Source: an archaeon
GTDB taxonomy: Archaea; Iainarchaeota; Iainarchaeia; Iainarchaeales; JAAZKV01
Length of the DNA: 64,000 nt
NCBI GenBank assembly: GCA_041661245.1
Contig: JBAZUY010000001.1
Coordinates: 156,355-220,354, forward strand
Direction: 5' to 3'
The notes under the pieces are model-generated. The model did no database searches and was not told the DNA's origin. It saw nothing but the letters and a program-made list of their open reading frames with translations. This document shows, in pieces, positions 49,308 through 56,437 of this stretch. The position numbers and the translations under genes are program-made. Position 1 is the stretch's first letter, and each line of letters opens with the position of its first letter.

Positions 49308-49562
49308 TTGTTTGAAATAATTCCTTCTGACGACTGGTATAAATGGTGGGATAAAGTTCCTCGCGAACAACACCAAAGAATAATCAAAAAAATGCACGAA
49401 CTAAAAGAGGACAAACAATTCAGACACTTAAAATTGGGTTCCCCCCACTTTGTGCTAGAAGCAGGACAATACAGAATACTTTTCATTGAAGAAGAGAAAA
49501 AACGAATACTTATTTTTGTTGGAAATCATAAGGACTATGAGAAATGGATTGGGATGAAATAA
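49308..49562 (+). CDS. RelE/ParE-family toxin
   Basis: 84 aa; RHLK...GQYRILF...FVGNHKDYEKW. Confidence 0.75.
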   Translation: MFEIIPSDDWYKWWDKVPREQHQRIIKKMHELKEDKQFRHLKLGSPHFVLEAGQYRILFIEEEKKRILIFVGNHKDYEKWIGMK

Positions 49563-49636
49563 ATTAATTCTTGCTTAAATTAATCTAGCAATCATTTCCA
49601 AAATCCTTTTGCAATATTATTAAATATTCACAAAGC

Positions 49637-50455
49637 GTGAGTAATTGTATGTACCGAACGAATAAGCACTTTGGATTAAAGAAGTTAAGAAAGATTGCTG
49701 GCGCTGACTCAAGATGGTTTGTAAGTCCTCACATTGTTTTAACTTCACCAGAGCAATTCAGAATGGCACAAACAAGAGGGAAGGCAAGACTACTTGTTCG
49801 AACTGATGAAGCGGGCAAAAAATATGATTACTTTATGCATGATTATATGCCCCGATTTGAAATACCAGGACCCACTCTATTTGGACAAATAGATAATCAA
49901 AAAGTTCGACTAGCTTCACTTGGAGAAAGAGAAATACAAAAAAGACTTGCCCAAGCAAAAGAAGATGCAAATATACAAAGATACCAAGGAAGACTTAGAT
50001 ACATCCTCCACCCAACAAGAAAACGCGAGGACATCGCTTGGACAGGACGAATACTAATAAGACAAGAAAGAGAAGTTACAAGGGACAAAAGAGGATTCAT
50101 ACAATTCCCCCAAATAGAAATAAGTCTCACAAAAAGCCCAAAACCTTATGAAAAACTCCACCGAAACCTACCCCCAACAACAGAATACAAACTAACATAC
50201 AAAGAAGGAAAATTCTCTCCAACAACACAAAACGCTCCCACAAAACTACAAAAAGAACAACAAAAACAAGCCACCCAAATCCTCACCCGACTCAAAGCAC
50301 TACTAAAAACAGGAGTTGAGTCAAACCAATTAAAACTCGGCCGAACAACCCAAATACATTTTATTTCTTGGAAAGAATCTCCTACTACCCTTGAGTTATT
50401 TGACTTAGAAGAAACACGAGGAGCAACACGAGTAAGAGTAAGAAGATTGAACTAG
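49637..50455 (+). CDS. Arg-rich hypothetical protein
   Basis: 272 aa ORF; LLVRTDE and C-terminal FISW...LFDL motifs, no confident family. Confidence 0.55.
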   Translation: MSNCMYRTNKHFGLKKLRKIAGADSRWFVSPHIVLTSPEQFRMAQTRGKARLLVRTDEAGKKYDYFMHDYMPRFEIPGPTLFGQIDNQKVRLASLGEREIQKRLAQAKEDANIQRYQGRLRYILHPTRKREDIAWTGRILIRQEREVTRDKRGFIQFPQIEISLTKSPKPYEKLHRNLPPTTEYKLTYKEGKFSPTTQNAPTKLQKEQQKQATQILTRLKALLKTGVESNQLKLGRTTQIHFISWKESPTTLELFDLEETRGATRVRVRRLN

Positions 50456-50540
50456 GGGGAAAATTTAGAAAGATAAGCGGAATTAGGAGTTTTGAACTGC
50501 GGTCTGCAGATTAATAAAGGACTTTGAACTTATACTAAGT

Positions 50541-51266
50541 ATGCCGGACGCAACCAAAATAGAGACTATTAGCGAACTTTTGAAAGCCGCCAAATGGCTT
50601 GAGGGAAAAACACTTGCAGAGATTTCAGATAGCATAAAAGACGAAGATTTTGTTCCAAGAGTATCATCAAAAGCTTATGTTGGATACGTTATTGAGAAAG
50701 GGTATTTTCAAATAGAACGAAACAATGATTCTAAACCAGATTTTCCCCAACTCGGAGTTGAATTAAAAACCTGCCCTTTAAAATATAATAAATCAAAAAC
50801 TAAGCTTACTGTTAAAGAACCGCTTTCTTTGAATATAATTAATTATAAGTTAGAATGTCAAAATACTGATTTAACTGAATCATCTCTATTTAAGAAAAAT
50901 AGAACTATTTTGTTTGTATTTTATATTCACGATTTTGAGAAAAAACGCTCAGAATATTTAATTAAATACACCTTTATCTGGCATATGGATAAACAAGTTA
51001 TTTCTGAGTTAAATCCGGATTATCTGAAAATAATCAAAATGATAAACGCAGGAAAAGCACATGAGATTCATCAAGACCAACATAAATATTTGACTATTTG
51101 CCCAAAACACGGAGGCAAATTCAAAGACCCTCTTTGCAAGAAATCAAAGACTACCCAACCATTTAGCAAAGCTCCTGCCGAAGTAAGGGCGTTTAGACTC
51201 AAAAATGCATATGTTGATTTAATAATTTCTCGAGAATTAGAAACAAATCCCTACTGGCCCCGTTAA
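50541..51266 (+). CDS. MutH/Sau3AI-family endonuclease (single domain)
   Basis: K..VG.VIE..YF, PDFPQLGVELKTCP, KEPLSLNIINY, RAFRLK. Confidence 0.88.
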   Translation: MPDATKIETISELLKAAKWLEGKTLAEISDSIKDEDFVPRVSSKAYVGYVIEKGYFQIERNNDSKPDFPQLGVELKTCPLKYNKSKTKLTVKEPLSLNIINYKLECQNTDLTESSLFKKNRTILFVFYIHDFEKKRSEYLIKYTFIWHMDKQVISELNPDYLKIIKMINAGKAHEIHQDQHKYLTICPKHGGKFKDPLCKKSKTTQPFSKAPAEVRAFRLKNAYVDLIISRELETNPYWPR

Positions 51267-51301
51267 AGCTATTACTAATCCTCGTGTGTGATTTGTTAAT
51301 T

Positions 51302-52594
51302 CTATTCAGATTCAACAATTTTCAACAAGGTCTTACCAAGTTTTTCTATTACCCCAACAACCAACGCATTGCCCATCATAAAGTATCTCCATCGCAAAGG
51401 CATCCCACAGTCAGTCCATCCTCGAGGGAACTCGTTTAATGCCTCGCATTCTTCAGGAGTCAATAAACGCAACTTATTAGTTTTTGGATCCATTACCACA
51501 TGAGTAGATCGGTTCAAAGTGGCTTCGGAAGTAAGCATTGTCCTTGAAGGTAAGTTAAGATTATCCGGAAAAGCCATTCCCCCCTCGGCATAACTATATT
51601 CATGCCCACTTTTAGATTTACGATTAATCTTTTTAGCACCCTTAAGATAATTCCATTTTTCCAAACTTCCATTTATGAATAATTTATCAGGAACGACAAG
51701 TTTAGTTTCAGTTATTATTTCATGTAACGGTTTTTGCTTAGATAAAACTGGAAGTACCTTAATTGTTTCAACAACCCCTTTGGAATCCATAAACCCCGAA
51801 TTTTTGAAACTCGCTTCAAATTTATCTGAAACTGCTTTCAAATTCCCAAATGAACCTAAATCATAAGTTTCTCTAATGGACAAATCGGATTTTTCAATAT
51901 CAAATTGATTGATAAAAAATCCTTTCGATTTTATTACATCCACGTGAGATAATCCCGAAAGTTTTTTTGCATATGAAGTAGTTTTATTTGCAGCAAAAAT
52001 AAATGTTCGTCTTCTTCTTTGAGGGTGCCCGTACTCCGCGGCATTGATTACTCGCCACTCAACAACGTATCCCAACTCATTAAGGCACTTTAGAATTACT
52101 CCAAAATCCCGACCTCTTTGTTTTGCAGGAGATTTAATCAAACGATCAACATTTTCTAAAAGAACAAATTTAGGTTTTTTGCTTTCAATAATATCTCTTA
52201 TTGACCACCACAATACCCCTTTCTTTCCTTCAATTCCTTTCGCACCAGTTGTTGCAACTGAATAATCCTGACAAGGAAATCCACCAACCAACAAATCGTG
52301 ATTAGGAACATCTTTTTTTACTTTATTGATATCAGCACAAACAACAGTTGATTCTTTATTTGAAATGTGATTCGAGTCAAGTGATTTTTCAAAAAAATCT
52401 TTTCCAAAATAATTTTGAGTATAACATTGGAAAGCATATTGAGTCTGATGACTTTTACCCGGTTCCCATTGATTCGCCCAAATAGTTTGAAACACATCTT
52501 TTGAAGCCCTTTCAAAACCAAGTCGAAATCCACCAACACCGGCAAAAAGTTCTACAACTTTAATTTTACCTTTCATGATGATAAGAGGGATCAA
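51302..52594 (-). CDS. DNA (cytosine-5)-methyltransferase, M.Sau3AI-like (likely start 52576)
   Basis: ELFAGVGG, GGFPCQD, LENV, PQRRRR, RLLTPEE, GNALVV. Confidence 0.93.
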   Translation of the reverse strand: MIPLIIMKGKIKVVELFAGVGGFRLGFERASKDVFQTIWANQWEPGKSHQTQYAFQCYTQNYFGKDFFEKSLDSNHISNKESTVVCADINKVKKDVPNHDLLVGGFPCQDYSVATTGAKGIEGKKGVLWWSIRDIIESKKPKFVLLENVDRLIKSPAKQRGRDFGVILKCLNELGYVVEWRVINAAEYGHPQRRRRTFIFAANKTTSYAKKLSGLSHVDVIKSKGFFINQFDIEKSDLSIRETYDLGSFGNLKAVSDKFEASFKNSGFMDSKGVVETIKVLPVLSKQKPLHEIITETKLVVPDKLFINGSLEKWNYLKGAKKINRKSKSGHEYSYAEGGMAFPDNLNLPSRTMLTSEATLNRSTHVVMDPKTNKLRLLTPEECEALNEFPRGWTDCGMPLRWRYFMMGNALVVGVIEKLGKTLLKIVESE

Positions 52595-52598
52595 AAGC

Positions 52599-52629
52599 TT
52601 TTAAAACATTTGGAGAGTGTTTTGCCGGC
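52599..52629 (-). promoter_or_regulatory. CCGGCAAA box plus TATA of the methyltransferase
   Basis: Minus strand GCCGGCAAAACACTCTCCAAATGTTTTAAAA. Confidence 0.7.
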
Positions 52630-52665
52630 AACAAGATTTTAATACCCTTTTTCCATTGATTCAAT

Positions 52666-53841
52666 ATGCAACCAAAAAATGAAGAAGCATATAAAACGCT
52701 TAAACAAGCGTATGAACGTATTTTAAAAGAAGCTATTAATAAGAGTCATTATTTGAAAATTAATAATTTTCCAGCATATTCTGTTGAAGAAATTCTAAAG
52801 CTCTATAAAGAATTATCTGATGGAGCAGAACTTGAACTAATAAAAAATAATGATGAAAAACTATACTTTTCAATAATATCTTACTTTGAAAGTATCAAAA
52901 AAATCAACATTTTTCAGATAATCCTTCCGAAACTAATCAAAGACTCTGCAACACAATATTTTTCAAGTAAACCTGAATCTGAAAAGCTAATTTCAGGATT
53001 TGAATTTTGGTACATTAAAAACTCACCCCTATTCAAAGAAAGCTTTATTAGCGAAGTTACAAAAGGGCAGGAATTATCCAAAAGTTACCCCCAACTTAGG
53101 GCATATGCAAATCATTGCACAGGAATGTCAATGGAAAAACTAATCACCCACATCCCTCAAGAAAGTGCTTTATTTGAAAGAATAGAGGCTGGGCTAAAAA
53201 GTACAGACGAATATAAAGTTTTCATCAAAGAATTTAATTTATTTAATAAACTCGGGACAGAACTACCAGACAGAATCCGAAAGAGAATTTCAAAAGAATC
53301 TATGGAAACCTCTGAAAAACCAACACTTTCATTTGTAAGAGACCCTTTATTTTTAGCAGTAATTGGAATTTTTGGAGGATTACTCCTTGTAGTCTTTTTT
53401 GGAAATTTTACCGGATTTTTTACACAGTTGTTGCAACCACAACACAATTCCGATTTTCAAAGAGACACAAACCAAGAGATTTTTAATCAACTACACTCCG
53501 ATATTAATATTGTCAGGCAAGATGACCTCAACACCCCACCCACAAATACGGAAAAAATACAACCCCCCACTGAACCTCAGCTCACCTTTAACAATTTCTA
53601 TGAAGGCTACAATCAAGGATTTATTATTCAAAATAATACTGATTCAGACATCAATGCAAAATTAAGCTACACACGAATCCTTGACGGATACTATAATCCA
53701 GGATATTGTTCGGGCAACTATGCCGAAACAAAAGAAGTATTTATTACAGCCCATAGCAATTATTCTATAAATATACCTGGGGGGCAGTGTTCGGGGCACA
53801 TAGATAAAAATTCAATAATGTATACACTCTACCAGAAATAA
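52666..53841 (+). CDS. Single-pass membrane protein (helical N-terminal domain, small C-terminal domain)
   Basis: Central TM FLAVIGIFGGLLLVVFFG; Pro/Thr linker; two Cys in C-terminal domain. Confidence 0.65.
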   Translation: MQPKNEEAYKTLKQAYERILKEAINKSHYLKINNFPAYSVEEILKLYKELSDGAELELIKNNDEKLYFSIISYFESIKKINIFQIILPKLIKDSATQYFSSKPESEKLISGFEFWYIKNSPLFKESFISEVTKGQELSKSYPQLRAYANHCTGMSMEKLITHIPQESALFERIEAGLKSTDEYKVFIKEFNLFNKLGTELPDRIRKRISKESMETSEKPTLSFVRDPLFLAVIGIFGGLLLVVFFGNFTGFFTQLLQPQHNSDFQRDTNQEIFNQLHSDINIVRQDDLNTPPTNTEKIQPPTEPQLTFNNFYEGYNQGFIIQNNTDSDINAKLSYTRILDGYYNPGYCSGNYAETKEVFITAHSNYSINIPGGQCSGHIDKNSIMYTLYQK

Positions 53842-53870
53842 AAATTTATATAATATGAAAAAATACTGCG

Positions 53871-54701
53871 TTAAGGCCAAGTATACCCTAATTTAAGGTT
53901 TGGAATTTTCCCATCAAGCTCATCTTGAATTTTGTCAATAAATTCTGCAAGATGCTCAATATTTACAACAAAAACTGTTTTTAGGTGTGCACCAACTCTT
54001 GCTTGCTGAGGGAGTGCTAAAGGCTTACCGCCAACATCCATAATTTCCGGAAAATCGTATGCAATGTAGGGCACCTCAGTTATGGGCGCAATCTCAGTTA
54101 ATTCCCCGACTGAATTAAGACCTGCTTTAGAATAATCTATCACGCCTAATTTTGCGTTAGTAACAATAATTGGAACAAAAATTCCCTGAACAAATTTCTT
54201 TTTCAACACATCTATTAAAACACAACGCAATTCTTTAAGCACCTGACGAACATTTTCATTAACCTCTTTATAAGAAACATTTACTTGGCCTCTTGATTTG
54301 CTGAGCCGTTTTTGTTCATTAATTTCAATAACGACATCAGAATAAGTGCCCCTAATAGAAGACCCAGTAGTGTGAACCAAAGGGGCCCAGTCTTTTTTTA
54401 TATGTGCAATATAAAGATGAGCTGGACGCTCAGCAACAATCGGAAAAAGCCAAGTATATGCAGTTCTTTTACATTCAATAATAAAAGTGTAATGCCCGAG
54501 CATATTTGAAACATGACTAATTATGTCTACTTCCACTCTCGAACCATCTTCATCAGAATAAACCTGTCCCCTGTTAAGAGACACTGTACCATGTACACCC
54601 TCTAAAACTTTTACCGCTTTGTCTTCCAAAAGGAGCCCTTTTCTATTAACAACTTTTACCAATTCAGGAAGTTCAGAGCTTAAAAGTAATTCGCCGGGCA
54701 T
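53871..54701 (-). CDS. PD-(D/E)XK nuclease-like protein
   Basis: GLLLE...EVDII...FIIECKR; PIIVTNA. Confidence 0.65.
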   Translation of the reverse strand: MPGELLLSSELPELVKVVNRKGLLLEDKAVKVLEGVHGTVSLNRGQVYSDEDGSRVEVDIISHVSNMLGHYTFIIECKRTAYTWLFPIVAERPAHLYIAHIKKDWAPLVHTTGSSIRGTYSDVVIEINEQKRLSKSRGQVNVSYKEVNENVRQVLKELRCVLIDVLKKKFVQGIFVPIIVTNAKLGVIDYSKAGLNSVGELTEIAPITEVPYIAYDFPEIMDVGGKPLALPQQARVGAHLKTVFVVNIEHLAEFIDKIQDELDGKIPNLKLGYTWP

Positions 54702-54710
54702 TAATTCACC

Positions 54711-55247
54711 TTATTTTTTTAATTTTTCCAAAACAATTTGATTATCTCTCAAAACATCTTTTAGTTCGTTATAACATTGAATACCCAAATCCACAGTTTC
54801 TAAAACTTTGTTTTCAGCATCTCTTTGAAAACGAGAATCGTCAAGATAATCATTTTCGTCAAGAAGATTATAATGCCCAATATTAGAGTGAAGTATTTTA
54901 TTTCTCAATTCTTTAAAACTTTTAATCTTTTTCCTTAAACTTGCTGGAGGAAATACTAAGTTAGAGTGCTTTGGTTTAACGCTTGACCTTTTTAATAAAT
55001 CTAATTTTACCATCCCTGAGAAAAACACAAACTCTTGCCTCAGAGACAACTCAAGAAAATCAATAAGTTCGGCACATTCCTCAGTGGAATAAATTTGACT
55101 TACCACAGAGTCAAGCAAATAATCGACATAAGCGTCAAGTCTTGCAATAACTTCTAGATAATATCCCTTTTTTTTAGGTTCAATAATCTCTTTGTCAAAA
55201 TCAAGTGCAGTCTCTATTTCCCCTTTATCTAATAATCGAGTAGGCAT
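54711..55247 (-). CDS. Helical protein with HEPN-like R-x4-H motif (MtlR/HEPN-like)
   Basis: LRNKILHS; start set at ATG 55247 after GAGGT. Confidence 0.6.
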   Translation of the reverse strand: MPTRLLDKGEIETALDFDKEIIEPKKKGYYLEVIARLDAYVDYLLDSVVSQIYSTEECAELIDFLELSLRQEFVFFSGMVKLDLLKRSSVKPKHSNLVFPPASLRKKIKSFKELRNKILHSNIGHYNLLDENDYLDDSRFQRDAENKVLETVDLGIQCYNELKDVLRDNQIVLEKLKK

Positions 55248-55252
55248 CTTAC

Positions 55253-55333
55253 TTACCTCTCCCTTCGTGCTTTGAAAGTTACCCACCCACGAGATGTCTT
55301 AAAACGAACCCATCCCTTTTTCTTATCATCCAT
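55253..55333 (-). CDS. 26-aa basic microprotein
   Basis: MDDKKKGWVRFKTSRGWVTFKARRER; TATAAAAA about 29 nt upstream; stop 5 nt before next ATG. Confidence 0.5.
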   Translation of the reverse strand: MDDKKKGWVRFKTSRGWVTFKARRER

Positions 55334-55402
55334 AACAAAAACAAAATGCGGAACTTTTTATATGCTTATCGAATGAATTAAAAACTAAATAATCAACTGA
55401 CC

Positions 55403-56047
55403 TTATTTTCTACCAATATGCAAAATGTCGTAAACTATTTGAGCCAACCAAAGCATTTTGTAGGATAGGGCATAATGTACTTGATACCAAAAAGATTTAT
55501 TTTTCCAGTTCTTATTAAGTCTCTTTTTAGCTATTAAAACTACTTTAGCATATCTCTTCCTTGACATATTGGCAACAGCATTATACTCCGCAACCCCTTC
55601 ACTGAAGGTTTGAGCAACAAAAAATAGCAAAACAGACATAATCAACGCAAAAGCAAAACAAACTAAACTTATAAATAAAAATTCAAAATTTAATCGTAAA
55701 AAGAATAGAATAATCCCCACAACAATAGCCGCCAATAACTGTATTGAAGATAACCCAAAGATAAATGAGAAAAAGAATAACAGCACTACAGTTAATTTAA
55801 GGAAAATATTTGTCTCAGAATGTCCCAACTCGTGCAATAGAGTGTACTCCAACTCGTCTTTTGATCGAGACAAAACTCGCTTATTTATTATTATTGACCC
55901 ATAAATTGTTTTTTGGCCCCCAAACCAGTCTTTGTCATCTTGGTAAATGTAAACCGTAACATTCTTTCCCGAGGACAAAGAGTAGGTTTTCTTTCTCAAA
56001 AATGCTTTGTCACACTTTTTAAGATAATAAAAAGTTTTTTCATCCAT
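55403..56047 (-). CDS. Membrane zinc metalloprotease (M48/HtpX-like)
   Basis: LLHELGH followed by TM helices and downstream E (SEGVAE); start uncertain, set at ATG 56047. Confidence 0.7.
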   Translation of the reverse strand: MDEKTFYYLKKCDKAFLRKKTYSLSSGKNVTVYIYQDDKDWFGGQKTIYGSIIINKRVLSRSKDELEYTLLHELGHSETNIFLKLTVVLLFFFSFIFGLSSIQLLAAIVVGIILFFLRLNFEFLFISLVCFAFALIMSVLLFFVAQTFSEGVAEYNAVANMSRKRYAKVVLIAKKRLNKNWKNKSFWYQVHYALSYKMLWLAQIVYDILHIGRK

Positions 56048-56189
56048 CGAACCAAAAAAAGGCAACAAATATAAGGTATCTAAAATAATCATTCTTATTG
56101 AATCTACCAAACTATGCAAAGACAACCCCATAATTAAAATAGATAATTTTTCTATATGAACCTTTTGGTTCAAAAAAACATTAAAAGCA

Positions 56190-56205
56190 AAGGGCTTTCG
56201 CCCTT
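56190..56205 (-). terminator. GNRA hairpin, terminator-like
   Basis: AAGGGC-GAAA-GCCCTT followed by TGCTTTT. Confidence 0.45.
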
Positions 56206-56234
56206 CCACTTTTAGACCTTGTTTTGTTCAGACT

Positions 56235-56303
56235 CTAAAAAAGAACTTGCACAACATACAAGAACAACCAAAGAGCCAATGTAGCTAAAAATATTTTTTG
56301 CAT
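56235..56303 (-). CDS. 22-aa hydrophobic peptide
   Basis: MQKIFLATLALWLFLYVVQVLF preceded by GGAGGT. Confidence 0.4.
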   Translation of the reverse strand: MQKIFLATLALWLFLYVVQVLF

Positions 56304-56398
56304 CTTAAAACCTCCGTGGGATGAAGCATCAACAGAACATTTAAGAAAACTACTCAAAAAGAGTGTCTTTTTTTCAGAACTACTAAAAAAATAGAATC

Positions 56399-56423
56399 GT
56401 AGCAGGGGCTAAGCCCCCACTAC
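56399..56423 (-). terminator. Hairpin downstream of ppdK
   Basis: Plus-strand GTAG..GGGGCT-A-AGCCCC..CTAC inverted repeat just past the stop; T-rich downstream. Confidence 0.5.
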
Positions 56424-56437
56424 AACTAATAATTAAT

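Noticed and set aside
49637..50455. ATP-grasp/PEP-utilising domain
   Set aside because: Resemblance limited to short motifs (VRTD, FDL); not enough without a profile search.
54691..54700. Additional CCGGC box
   Set aside because: It is the first codons (MPGE) of the nuclease-like gene.
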